Positions 7,602 through 16,183 of a DNA stretch of 30,960 nucleotides are shown here, piece after piece. How positions within the stretch are numbered: position 1 is the first letter of the stretch; each line of letters starts with the position of its first letter. The stretch covers positions 1 to 30,960 of the forward strand of contig DASSQK010000017.1 in the NCBI GenBank assembly GCA_035702555.1. Reading direction: 5' to 3'. This DNA is from Gaiellaceae bacterium (GTDB taxonomy: Bacteria; Actinomycetota; Thermoleophilia; Gaiellales; Gaiellaceae). The notes below the pieces were generated by a model that had not been told where the DNA came from, did not search any database, and was given only the letters and a program-made list of their open reading frames with translations. The position numbers and the translations under genes are program-made.

Positions 7602-8489
7602 GTGGGCCGTCTTTTCGCTGTCCTTTTCGCGACAGCGGCTCTCTCCGCCGCCTGCGGCGGCTCTCACGCGTCCGGGGACAGGTCGCTCGACGCGATCCTG
7701 AAGCGTCCGGGGCCGATGGTCGGGATCACGGCCGGGGCGTCGCAGTTCGTCCCGGGCGCCGTCCGCTACCCGTTCCTCGTCATCCGCAACGACGCGAGGC
7801 CCGTGTACCGGCCGGCTGCGACGGTCTGGGTCGCGAAGAGCCGCTCGGAAACGCCCTTCGAGCGTGCGACCGCACGCCTCGAGCCGATCGGCGTCCCGGG
7901 GCGTTCCGCCCCGGCCTTCGGCGGCGTGACGAAGCTGTATGTCGCGCACCTGCGGATCCCGCGCCCGGGGCGCTACTGGCTGGTCGCGCAGCCGCGCGGT
8001 GCGCACATCCAGGGGCTCGGCACGCTCGATGTCGCCGCGCGCTCGAGCAGCGTCGCCGTCGGCGCGAAGGCGCCGCGCTCGGAGAATCCGACGCTCGCGA
8101 CCGCGCCGGCGGCTCGAATCACGACCAGCCGGCCGCCCGACCTGCCGCTCCTGCGCCACTCGATCGCGGGCTCGCTCGCCGCGCACCGGCCGTTCGTGGT
8201 CACGTTCGCCACGCCGAAGTTCTGCACCAGCCGCACGTGCGGGCCGGTCGTGGACGTGGTCGAGTCCGTCCGCCGCCGCTTCGAGCGCCGCGGGATCCGG
8301 TTCATCCACGTCGAGGTCTTCACCGGGAACGACCCCAACCGCGGCTTCAACCGCTGGATGCGCGAGTGGGGCCTCGCGAGCGAGCCGTGGGTGTTCCTCG
8401 TCGGCGCGGACGGGCGCGTGAAGGCGAAGTTCGAGGGCTCCGTCTCGGAGGCGGAGCTCGCCGCGGCAGTGCGCGCGAAGCTGCTCTAG
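7602..8489 (+). CDS. Predicted lipoprotein with C-terminal thioredoxin-like domain (CX4C)
   Basis: Signal peptide with lipobox LSAAC; TPKFCTSRTCGP; EPWVFLVGADGRVKAKFEG resembles the C-terminal strands of a Trx fold. TAGACT 7 nt before GTG. Confidence 0.82.
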   Translation: MGRLFAVLFATAALSAACGGSHASGDRSLDAILKRPGPMVGITAGASQFVPGAVRYPFLVIRNDARPVYRPAATVWVAKSRSETPFERATARLEPIGVPGRSAPAFGGVTKLYVAHLRIPRPGRYWLVAQPRGAHIQGLGTLDVAARSSSVAVGAKAPRSENPTLATAPAARITTSRPPDLPLLRHSIAGSLAAHRPFVVTFATPKFCTSRTCGPVVDVVESVRRRFERRGIRFIHVEVFTGNDPNRGFNRWMREWGLASEPWVFLVGADGRVKAKFEGSVSEAELAAAVRAKLL

Positions 8490-8490
8490 T

Positions 8491-8657
8491 CAGGAGACTT
8501 CGGCGAAACAGTGACGAGGCTCCGGGGCCGCGCTGCTCGCCCCGACGCTGCGTCCTCAGTCGCGCCCGTACCTTCCAGGTACGAACGCTCCCTGCGTCCT
8601 TGCCTCGGAACGAGCATCGCGACCCCAGAGCGTGCACCGTTCCGCCAAAGCCTCCTG
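8491..8657. repeat. 167-bp palindromic element (MITE/REP-like) with imperfect terminal inverted repeats
   Basis: Ends 8491-8509 and 8639-8657 match 16/19 as inverted repeats. Inner arms 8519-8539 and 8611-8631 match 18/21. Central CGTACCT-tcc-AGGTACG hairpin; CTGCGTCCT occurs twice. No target-site duplication seen. Confidence 0.65.
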
Positions 8658-8695
8658 CGTTTCTTAGCCCCCCGCGCGCGGGGAGGAAGAAGCAC

Positions 8696-10288
8696 ATGCC
8701 CCCGGCGATGCAGCGCATGCGCCGCGCGCGCGAGGTGGTGGGCGTCGCGCGGCAACGCAAGCTGGTCCGCGTGCTGCGCGAGCTCGGCGTCGCGGGGATG
8801 CGGCCCGCCACCCGCGAAGGCGCGGTCGAGTTCCGCCAGGCGCTCGAGGATCTCGGCACGACCTTCGTGAAGCTCGGCCAGCTCCTCTCGTCCCGCCCCG
8901 ACCTGCTCCCCGACGCCTACATCGAGGAGCTTTCGAAGCTCGTCGACGAGGCGCAGCCGGTGCCGTTCGAGGAGATCGAGCGAATCGTGCGGGAAGACCT
9001 GGGGAGCGACGTCGTCGGGCGGCTGGAGCACGCGCCGCTCGCGGCCGCCTCGATCGCGCAGACGCACGTCGCCCTGCTCGCCGACGGACGGGACGTCGTC
9101 CTCAAGGTGCGCAGGCCGGGAGTCGTCGAGCAGGTCGACCTCGACCTGCGGCTGGTGGCCTCGGCGGTCGAGTTCCTCGAGAAGCATTTCGAGACGGCGC
9201 AGCTGCTCCAGCTGCGCGCGCTGGCGGACGAGCTCGAGGTCCACCTGCGCGCGGAGCTCGACTTCGTCGAGGAGGCGCACAACACCGAGCTGATCGCCGG
9301 CCTCCTCGGCGGGCAGGAGGAGCTGGTCGTGCCGACGGTGATCCGGCCGCACGTGACGGAGCGCGTGCTCGTGCTCGAGCGGATCCACGGCCGCAAGCTC
9401 GGCGCCGACCACGGCCTGCCGCCCGAGCGGGCCGAGCTCCTGGCCGTCTCGTTCTTCCGCGCCTACATCCGCCAGGTGACGCAGGCGGGCATCTACCACG
9501 CCGACCCGCATCGCGGGAACGTGCTGCTGACGGAGGACGGACGGCTCGCGCTGCTCGACTTCGGCCTGCTCGGCCGGCTCGACGACGAGACGCGCACGAT
9601 GCTCGCCCTCCTGCTGCTCTCGCTCGCGCACAACCGCGCCGAGGACGTGGCCTCGGTGCTGCTCTCGCTCTCGCTGACCACGCTCGACTCCGACGAGCCC
9701 AGCTTCGTCCACGAGCTCCGGCGGAAGCTGCCGCGCTACCACTGGCGGCCGCTGGCGGGGATCCGTTCCGGCGAGGCGCTCGCCGACCTGCAGCGCATCT
9801 GCCTCCGCTACGGCGTCAGGCTGCCCGCCAGCTTCGCGCTCGTCGGCAAGACGCTCTCCCAGGCCGACTCGATCGCGCGCACGCTCGACCCCGGGCTCGA
9901 CCCGATCGCGCTGATCGAGGAGGAGTCGCTCGAGCTGATGCTGGCCGAGGTCGAGGCGCGGCTCGAGCCGAACCAGCTCTTCAGCATGCTGTTCATGCAG
10001 CTCGGCTCGCTCTCGCGGCTCCCACGCCGCCTCTCGCAGATCGCCGACCGGCTCGAGACGGGGACGCTGAAGGTCGGCATCGTCCCGACCGACCTCGGTC
10101 GCACCGAGCACATGCTGCGGTCGCTCGGCAACCGGCTCGGCTTCGCGCTGATCGTCGTCGGCCTGCTCATCTCCTCGGCGTTGATGGCGCGCGTGAACCA
10201 CACCGTCGCGCTGGTGGGGTTCCTGCTCGCGGCCGTGCTCGGCCTCTACATGATCTGGCGGATCATCCGGACGCCCGGCGACCTGTGA
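8696..10288 (+). CDS. ABC1/UbiB/AarF-family atypical kinase
   Basis: LGTTFVKLGQLLSSRPDLL (KxGQ), AAASIAQTH, VVLKVRRP, ELDFVEEA, YHADPHRGN, LLDFG, C-terminal membrane hairpin. GGAGG RBS before ATG 8696. Confidence 0.92.
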   Translation: MPPAMQRMRRAREVVGVARQRKLVRVLRELGVAGMRPATREGAVEFRQALEDLGTTFVKLGQLLSSRPDLLPDAYIEELSKLVDEAQPVPFEEIERIVREDLGSDVVGRLEHAPLAAASIAQTHVALLADGRDVVLKVRRPGVVEQVDLDLRLVASAVEFLEKHFETAQLLQLRALADELEVHLRAELDFVEEAHNTELIAGLLGGQEELVVPTVIRPHVTERVLVLERIHGRKLGADHGLPPERAELLAVSFFRAYIRQVTQAGIYHADPHRGNVLLTEDGRLALLDFGLLGRLDDETRTMLALLLLSLAHNRAEDVASVLLSLSLTTLDSDEPSFVHELRRKLPRYHWRPLAGIRSGEALADLQRICLRYGVRLPASFALVGKTLSQADSIARTLDPGLDPIALIEEESLELMLAEVEARLEPNQLFSMLFMQLGSLSRLPRRLSQIADRLETGTLKVGIVPTDLGRTEHMLRSLGNRLGFALIVVGLLISSALMARVNHTVALVGFLLAAVLGLYMIWRIIRTPGDL

Positions 10289-10366
10289 TCGGCCGCGCCG
10301 CAGGCGGAGGAATCGAGCGAATCGTCACGAATCGGGCAGAGCACCACAAGCTCCTCCTCTCCCCTG

Positions 10367-10400
10367 GACGGCGGCGGCCTCTGGCCGTCGTCGTCTTTTT
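10367..10400 (+). terminator. Intrinsic terminator
   Basis: 13-bp stem GACGGCGGCGGCC / GGCCGTCGTCGTC (2 G-U pairs), 3-nt loop, followed by TTTTT. Confidence 0.85.
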
Positions 10401-10493
10401 CTCGGGAATACGGGCAGACGGTTTCACGTACTTGGACGAAAGCGACAACGACCCCTACAGTTCCCGAACTTCGACCTCAGGGGGACCGCCGCC

Positions 10494-11528
10494 GTGAGTC
10501 TCGAAACCGTCAAGCTGACCGACCTCGCCTCGTGCGGGGGCTGCGCCGCGAAGTACTCCGCCGCCCGGCTGGAGCAGTTGCTCGCCGGGTTCGTTCCCGC
10601 CGAGGCCGAAGACCTGCTCGTGGGCCTCGCACCCGCCGACGACGCCGCGGTCTACCGGTTGGACGACGAGCGCGCGCTGATCTTCACGCTCGACTTCTTC
10701 CCGCCGGTGGTCGACGATCCCGGCGACTACGGCGCGATCGCCGCGACGAACGCCCTGAACGACGTCTTCGCGATGGGCGGCAGGCCGCTGCTCGCGCTCT
10801 CGATCGCGGCCTTCCCGGAGGAGCTGCCGATGGAGATGCTCGCCCAGATCTTCGCCGCCGCCGACGCCCAGGTGCGCGCGGCCGGGGGCCTCCTCGCGGG
10901 CGGCCACACCATCCGCGACGCGGAGCCGAAGTACGGCCTCGCGGTCGTCGGCACGGTGCATCCGCAGGCGATCTGGCCCAAGAACGGCGCGCGGCCGGGC
11001 GACGCGCTCTTCCTGACCAAGCCGCTCGGGACGGGCCTGATCATGAGCGGCGTCAAGAGCGGCTCGGCGGGCACCCAGCAGCTCGAGCGCGCGATCGGCT
11101 GGATGCGCACGCTGAACGACGGGGCCGCCGAGGTGCTGCGCGGGCTCGATCCCCACGCCGTCACCGACGTCACGGGGTTCGGCCTCTTCGGCCACGCGCA
11201 CGAGGTCGCCGACCGCAGCGGCGTTCGGATTCGCCTCGAGTCGGAGCGCTTCCCGGCCATCGACGGAGCACTGGATGTCGCGCGCCAGGGCTTGCGGACG
11301 AGCGGCGACCCCCGCAACCGCGACTTCGCCGCACGCCACGTCTCGGTCGACGACGACGTCTCAGACGCGCTCGTGGCCCTCGGCTACGACCCGCAGACCG
11401 CGGGCGGGCTGCTCGTCTCGGTCGCCGGCGACCGCGCACCCGCCCTGGAGGCGGAGTTCGAGTCGCGCAAGCTGTTCATCCGGCGCGTCGGCCGCGTCGA
11501 GGAGGGTTCCGGAGTCGTCGTCGAGTGA
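10494..11528 (+). CDS. selD: Selenide, water dikinase (selenophosphate synthetase), Cys form
   Basis: LASCGGCAAK (active Cys encoded by TGC), DDAAVY, TLDFFPPVVDDP, NALNDVFAMGG, GGHTI, LTKPLGTG, TDVTGFGLFGH, DPQTAGGLL. Possible promoter TTGGAC-N18-TACAGT at 10432-10461. Confidence 0.95.
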   Translation: MSLETVKLTDLASCGGCAAKYSAARLEQLLAGFVPAEAEDLLVGLAPADDAAVYRLDDERALIFTLDFFPPVVDDPGDYGAIAATNALNDVFAMGGRPLLALSIAAFPEELPMEMLAQIFAAADAQVRAAGGLLAGGHTIRDAEPKYGLAVVGTVHPQAIWPKNGARPGDALFLTKPLGTGLIMSGVKSGSAGTQQLERAIGWMRTLNDGAAEVLRGLDPHAVTDVTGFGLFGHAHEVADRSGVRIRLESERFPAIDGALDVARQGLRTSGDPRNRDFAARHVSVDDDVSDALVALGYDPQTAGGLLVSVAGDRAPALEAEFESRKLFIRRVGRVEEGSGVVVE

Positions 11529-12055
11529 TCGCCCGCGGGATGATCCACGGGCGGTTTCAGCCGTTCCACAACGGCCACTTCGAGTACCTGAAGGGCGCCG
11601 CTGAGCGGAGCGACGAGCTCTTCGTCGGAATCACGAATCCCGACCCCGAGCGGATCAAGCCCGAGCCCGCCGACCCGCTGCGCCACCTCCCGGAGTCGAA
11701 CCCGTACTCCTACGTCGAGCGGCTGCTGATGGTGAAGGCCGCCGCCGCCGACGCGGAGATCGCGGCCGGGCGCCTGCACGTGATCCCGTTTCCCGTGAAC
11801 GAGCCCGAGCTGTGGCCGCCGTACGTGCCGCCGGACGTGGTGCACTTCATCCGCCTCTTCTCGGACTGGGGCGGGACGAAGCTCGACCGCCTGCGCGAGG
11901 CCGGCTACGAGGTCGTCGTCCTCGACGAGGGCGCGGAGAAGGAGATCTCCGGCGCCGACGTGCGGGAGGCCCTGCGCGGCGGCGGCGACTGGGAGTCGCT
12001 GGTGCCTCCCGGCGTGGCGGCGCTGCTGCGGCGGCGCGCGCACGCGACCGTGTAA
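11525..12055 (+). CDS. HIGH-family nucleotidyltransferase (NadM/cytidylyltransferase-like)
   Basis: GRFQPFHNGH (HxGH), NP+SYVER, ISGADVRE. GTG start overlaps the selD stop (GTGA at 11525-11528). Confidence 0.85.
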   Translation: MIARGMIHGRFQPFHNGHFEYLKGAAERSDELFVGITNPDPERIKPEPADPLRHLPESNPYSYVERLLMVKAAAADAEIAAGRLHVIPFPVNEPELWPPYVPPDVVHFIRLFSDWGGTKLDRLREAGYEVVVLDEGAEKEISGADVREALRGGGDWESLVPPGVAALLRRRAHATV

Positions 12056-12090
12056 GGCGCGTGTAAACGCCCGCGAAGGGTCGTGTAAGG
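12049..12090 (+). promoter_or_regulatory. Phased direct repeats CGTGTAA(GG), putative regulator binding site
   Basis: CGTGTAA at 12049, 12060 and 12082 (11- and 22-bp spacing), with a degenerate copy in phase at 12071. Confidence 0.5.
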
Positions 12091-12156
12091 GCACAGAACT
12101 TTTCCCGCTGCGGCGCGTTTGAACGAGTACCAATCGCCGCAACCAGGGGGTTCCAG

Positions 12157-13035
12157 ATGCGCACAGTCGTTCTCGCCGCCGTCGCTGTGCTCGCGCTCGC
12201 CGTCACCGGCGCGTCGCAGCCCGCGTCGCAGGCGACCAAGGCCGTCGCGATCAAGTCCACCGGCTTCTCGCCGAAGTCCGTGACGATCGCGACCGGCGAC
12301 GCCGTCAAGTGGACGAACCGTGACACGAAGAACCATCAGGTGGTCGCCAACAACGGCAGCTTCGCCTCGGCCGCGATCAAGCCGGGCAAGAGCTACACGC
12401 ACACCTTCAACACCGCGGGCACGTTCGGCTACCGCGACGCCTTGCACCCGAGCCTCACCGGCAAGGTCGTCGTGAAGGGCCCGCCTCCCGCCGTCACCAT
12501 CGGCACCGCGACGCCGATCATCGACTACGGCCAGAGCACGCACATCTCCGGCGCCGTCTCGAGCGGCAAGGCCGGTGAGACCGTGACCGTGTGGGCGCAG
12601 CCGTATGGCACCGTCTCTCCCGTCCAGGTCGCGACGCTGTTGACCGCCGCGAACGGCGTGTGGGACATCTCCGTGAAGCCGCCCTTGCTCACGAGCTACT
12701 TCGCGCGCTGGAAGAGCACGACCAGCCAGGCTGTCGGCGTGCAGGTCCGCCCGGCGATCGTGCTCGGGGTCGCCAAGCGCATGGCCTCGATCAAGGTGAA
12801 GGCCGACCGCTCGCTCAAGGGCAAGAAGGTCTACCTGCAGAAGTTCACCCGCTTCCACGAGTGGGTGAAGGTTCGCTCCGTCGTGCTCGGCGACAACTCG
12901 GCCAAGCGCTTCAGGCACGGCCTGCGCCCCGGCTACCGCTACGCGGTGCGCGTCTTCATGTCGCTGAATCAGGCCGGCGCGGGCTACCTCGACGGCTACA
13001 GCCGCACCGTGGTCGTCAAGATCCCGCGGCGCTAG
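12157..13035 (+). CDS. Secreted cupredoxin-like domain protein with C-terminal beta-rich domains
   Basis: Signal peptide; FSPKSVTIATGDAVKWTN..NHQV..FNTAGTFGYRDALHPSLTGKVVV follows the plastocyanin-like pattern. Confidence 0.85.
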   Translation: MRTVVLAAVAVLALAVTGASQPASQATKAVAIKSTGFSPKSVTIATGDAVKWTNRDTKNHQVVANNGSFASAAIKPGKSYTHTFNTAGTFGYRDALHPSLTGKVVVKGPPPAVTIGTATPIIDYGQSTHISGAVSSGKAGETVTVWAQPYGTVSPVQVATLLTAANGVWDISVKPPLLTSYFARWKSTTSQAVGVQVRPAIVLGVAKRMASIKVKADRSLKGKKVYLQKFTRFHEWVKVRSVVLGDNSAKRFRHGLRPGYRYAVRVFMSLNQAGAGYLDGYSRTVVVKIPRR

Positions 13036-13076
13036 CTCCCGTCCGGACACGCGGCGCGGGATAGCCTCCGCGCCGC

Positions 13077-14324
13077 GTGTACCCCATCGTCGTTCTCCTG
13101 CTCGACGGCCTCGGCGACCGGGCGCACGAGGCGCTGGGCGGGCGCACGGGCAACGAGGCGGCGTCCACGCCTACGCTCGACGCGCTCGCCTCTGGCGGCT
13201 CGTGCGGCCTCTTCTACGCGGTCGGCCCAGGGCGCGCCCCGTCGAGCGAGGTCGCGCACTGGTCGCTGCTCGGCTACCGGCCGGACGAGTTCCCGGGCCG
13301 CGCGGTGTTCGAGGCGCTCGGCCGCGGCCAGGACGTGAGCGAGGAGCACGTCTTCGCCTACGCGGCGCTGCGGCCGGCCGAGCGGCGCGACGACGGCTGG
13401 TGGCTGACCGGGCGGCCCGACCCGGAGCGCGACGCGGCGGAGGCGGAGCGGCTCGTCGGGCGCTGCGACGGGATCGAGGTCGACGGCCTCACGTTCTCGC
13501 TGGCGCACGTCTGGCGGGGGGAGGCGGTCCTGCGCATCTCCGGCGGGGCCGACGAACGAGTGACGGACACGGACTCGTTCTTCCGTGCCTGGCACCCGCT
13601 GCTGCGACCCCGGCCGCTCGTGCCGGAGGCCGAGCCCACCGCGCGGGCCTGCGAGGAGTGGACGTGGGAGGTGATGCGGCGGCTGGAAGGCGAGCGCTTC
13701 CCCGTGATCACGCTGAAGTGGTTCGGCCGCTCCCGCCGCGTGCCGACGTTCCTCGAGCGCCACGGCGTGAGCGGCGCGTTCGCCGCCGACTCGGCGTTCC
13801 TGCGGGGCCTCGGCCTCGCGCTCGGCCTCGAGCCGGTCGAGGCGCCCGAGACGGACGACCCGGTCAGCGACCTGCGAGGGCGCGTCGAGCTGGCGAACGA
13901 GCGGCTCGACGCCGGCGACACGTTCGTCTTCTGCCACCAGAAGACGACGGACGCCGCCGGGCACACGAAGGATCCGAAGGTCAAGCGCGACACGATCGCT
14001 GCCCTCGACGCGGCTCTCGGCGAGCTGCCGAGCGACAGGGCGATCGTCTGCATCACCGGCGACCACGCGACTCCGGCGTCGCCGGACGTGATCCATTCGG
14101 GCGACCCCGTGCCGCTGCTCGTCGCCGGGCCGGGCGTGCGGGCGGACGGCGTCACGCGCTTCGGCGAGCTTCCGTTCGCGGCCGGGATCCTCGGGCAGCT
14201 GCGCGGCCCCGACCTGCTGCCGGTGCTGCTGAACGCGGCCGACCGGCCGCTCTTCCTGGGCTCGCGCCCGACGCCGTTCGCGGGCGCGGACGGGTACCCC
14301 GCCGTGCTGGAGCCGCTTCTCTAG
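13077..14324 (+). CDS. ApgM-like cofactor-independent phosphoglycerate mutase / alkaline-phosphatase superfamily enzyme
   Basis: LLDGLGDR, TPTLDALA, PSSEVAH, KTTDAAGH, TGDHATP and HSGDPVP metal-binding motifs. Confidence 0.85.
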   Translation: MYPIVVLLLDGLGDRAHEALGGRTGNEAASTPTLDALASGGSCGLFYAVGPGRAPSSEVAHWSLLGYRPDEFPGRAVFEALGRGQDVSEEHVFAYAALRPAERRDDGWWLTGRPDPERDAAEAERLVGRCDGIEVDGLTFSLAHVWRGEAVLRISGGADERVTDTDSFFRAWHPLLRPRPLVPEAEPTARACEEWTWEVMRRLEGERFPVITLKWFGRSRRVPTFLERHGVSGAFAADSAFLRGLGLALGLEPVEAPETDDPVSDLRGRVELANERLDAGDTFVFCHQKTTDAAGHTKDPKVKRDTIAALDAALGELPSDRAIVCITGDHATPASPDVIHSGDPVPLLVAGPGVRADGVTRFGELPFAAGILGQLRGPDLLPVLLNAADRPLFLGSRPTPFAGADGYPAVLEPLL

Positions 14325-14334
14325 GCTTCGGGAC

Positions 14335-15273
14335 GTGCACGTCGAGTCGTCGACGACGCTCGGGCGGCTCCGGGGCTTCGAGCTCTCGCCCGCCCGCTAC
14401 TTCGCGCTGACCCTGGTCTCGCTCGGCGCCCTCTGGCTGATCGTGGTCACCGGCGCGGCCGTTCGCCTGACCAACTCCGGGCTCGGCTGCCGCCACTGGC
14501 CTGGCTGCGAGAAGGGCGCCCCACTGCCGGCGAAGGACTACCACGCCTTCATCGAGTTCGGGAACCGCGCGCTCGGCGGGATCGTGATCCTCGTCGTGCT
14601 GCTGACCGCGGTCGCGGCCTTCTTCGTGCCCGGCCTCGGGCGTGGGCGGAGGCTCGCCGGCGCGATCTTCGTCGGCACGCTCGCGCAAGCGCCGCTCGGC
14701 TACCTCGCCGTCCACAGCGACCTGCACTGGCCGGTCGTGGCCGCGCACCTGCTGCTCTCGATGGCGCTGCTCGCCGGCGCGGTGGTGCTCGCGCTGGAGA
14801 CGTTGGTGCTGCGCTCGGGCTCGACCGAGCCGGTCGCCCCGCGGGAGCTGCGCCTCTGGTCGCTCGCCGTCGCGGCGGCCGCAGGAGTCCTGCTCGTCAC
14901 CGGCACGCTCGCCACCGCGGGCGGCCCGCACTCAGGCGGCGGCGCCGAGCAGGTCGACCGGCTCTGGCGGCTGCAACCGCTGATCTACGTCCACGCGGCG
15001 TCGGTGGCGGTGTTCGCGATCGCCCTCGTCTTCGTGCTCGGCTACCTCGCGTCCGGCCGCGCCCGCTGGCCGCGCCTCTTCGGGCTCGGCGTTGCGGTCT
15101 TCGCCGTGCTGCTCGTCCAGATGGGCCTGGGCGAGCTCCAGTATCGGACGCACCTGCCGTGGGAGCTCGTGCTGGTGCACGTCGGGCTGGCGGCGGCAGT
15201 CTGGGCGCTGCTCGTCGGGTTCGTGACGGTTCTGTGGCGCCCGCCGACCGCCTTCGCGCCAGACCGCGCGTAG
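14335..15273 (+). CDS. ctaA: Heme A synthase, COX15/CtaA family
   Basis: GAAVRLTNSGLGCRHWPGC, IEFGNR, AHLLLS, AGGPHSGG, VHAAS, VHVGLA; multi-TM protein. Confidence 0.85.
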   Translation: MHVESSTTLGRLRGFELSPARYFALTLVSLGALWLIVVTGAAVRLTNSGLGCRHWPGCEKGAPLPAKDYHAFIEFGNRALGGIVILVVLLTAVAAFFVPGLGRGRRLAGAIFVGTLAQAPLGYLAVHSDLHWPVVAAHLLLSMALLAGAVVLALETLVLRSGSTEPVAPRELRLWSLAVAAAAGVLLVTGTLATAGGPHSGGGAEQVDRLWRLQPLIYVHAASVAVFAIALVFVLGYLASGRARWPRLFGLGVAVFAVLLVQMGLGELQYRTHLPWELVLVHVGLAAAVWALLVGFVTVLWRPPTAFAPDRA

Positions 15274-15282
15274 ACTGAGCCG

Positions 15283-16173
15283 GTGGCCGAGGAGCTTCGT
15301 ATCGAGCAGCGGCCGGAGCTCACACGGCCGGTGCTCGTCGCCGCGTTCCGCGGTTGGAACGACGGCGCGCAGGCCGCCACGCTCGCTGCGGGCTACCTGG
15401 CCAAGACCTGGGCCGCGGAGCGCTTCGCCGACGTCGACCCGGAAGACTTCTTCGACTTCCAGGCGACGCGCCCGCACGTCTCGCTCGAGGAAGGCCTGAC
15501 CCGTCGGATCGACTGGCCGGAGACGGCCTTCTACCACGCGCGCCCCGACGGCCTCGACCGCGACGTCGTGCTCCTGCTCGGCATCGAGCCCAACCTCCGC
15601 TGGCGCGCCTTCAGCGACCTCGTCGTCGGCCTCGCGAACGATCTCGGCGTCGAGCTGATGATCACGCTCGGCGCGCTGCTCGCGGACGTCCCGCACACGC
15701 GGCCGGCTCCGGTGACGGGCAGCGCGACCGACGAGGAGCTCGTCGAGCGGCTCGGGCTGTCAGCCTCCCGCTACGAGGGGCCGACGGGGATCGTCGGCGT
15801 CCTCCACGACGTGTGCCGCCAGCGCGGGATCGCCTCGGCCAGCCTGTGGGCGGCGGTGCCGCACTACGTCTCGCTGACGCCCAGCCCGCGCGGGGCGCTC
15901 GCGCTGTGCGAGCGGTTGGGCGCCCTGATCGGCGCACCCGTCGAGGCGGAGGAGCTCGAAGAGGCCGCCCGCTCATACGAGGAGCAGGTCAGCGAGGCCG
16001 TCGCGTCCGACGAGGAGACGGCCGCGTACGTCGACGAGCTCGAGCGCCGCGCCGACCAGCTCGAGGAGGCGACGGAGCTGCCGTCGGGCGATGCGCTCGC
16101 AGCCGAGCTGACGCGGTTCCTCCGCGAGCGCGAGCAGAACGGCGGCGGCGACGACGCCGCCCGCGAGCAGTGA
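15283..16173 (+). CDS. PAC2-family (proteasome assembly chaperone-like) protein
   Basis: AFRGWNDGAQAA, DPEDFFDFQATRP, GIEPNLRW, LGALLADVPHTRP, YEGPTGIVGVL, WAAVPHY. Confidence 0.9.
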   Translation: MAEELRIEQRPELTRPVLVAAFRGWNDGAQAATLAAGYLAKTWAAERFADVDPEDFFDFQATRPHVSLEEGLTRRIDWPETAFYHARPDGLDRDVVLLLGIEPNLRWRAFSDLVVGLANDLGVELMITLGALLADVPHTRPAPVTGSATDEELVERLGLSASRYEGPTGIVGVLHDVCRQRGIASASLWAAVPHYVSLTPSPRGALALCERLGALIGAPVEAEELEEAARSYEEQVSEAVASDEETAAYVDELERRADQLEEATELPSGDALAAELTRFLREREQNGGGDDAAREQ

Positions 16174-16183
16174 CCGACGAGCG

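Noticed and set aside
10285-10497. 70-aa ORF between the ABC1 kinase and selD
   Set aside because: It crosses a strong terminator and the selD promoter and has no RBS.
10494-10560. Possible selenocysteine recoding in selD or elsewhere in the window
   Set aside because: The active-site codons are TGC, and I found no in-frame TGA interrupting a recognisable protein; the TGA upstream of fadB lies inside the fadA coding region.
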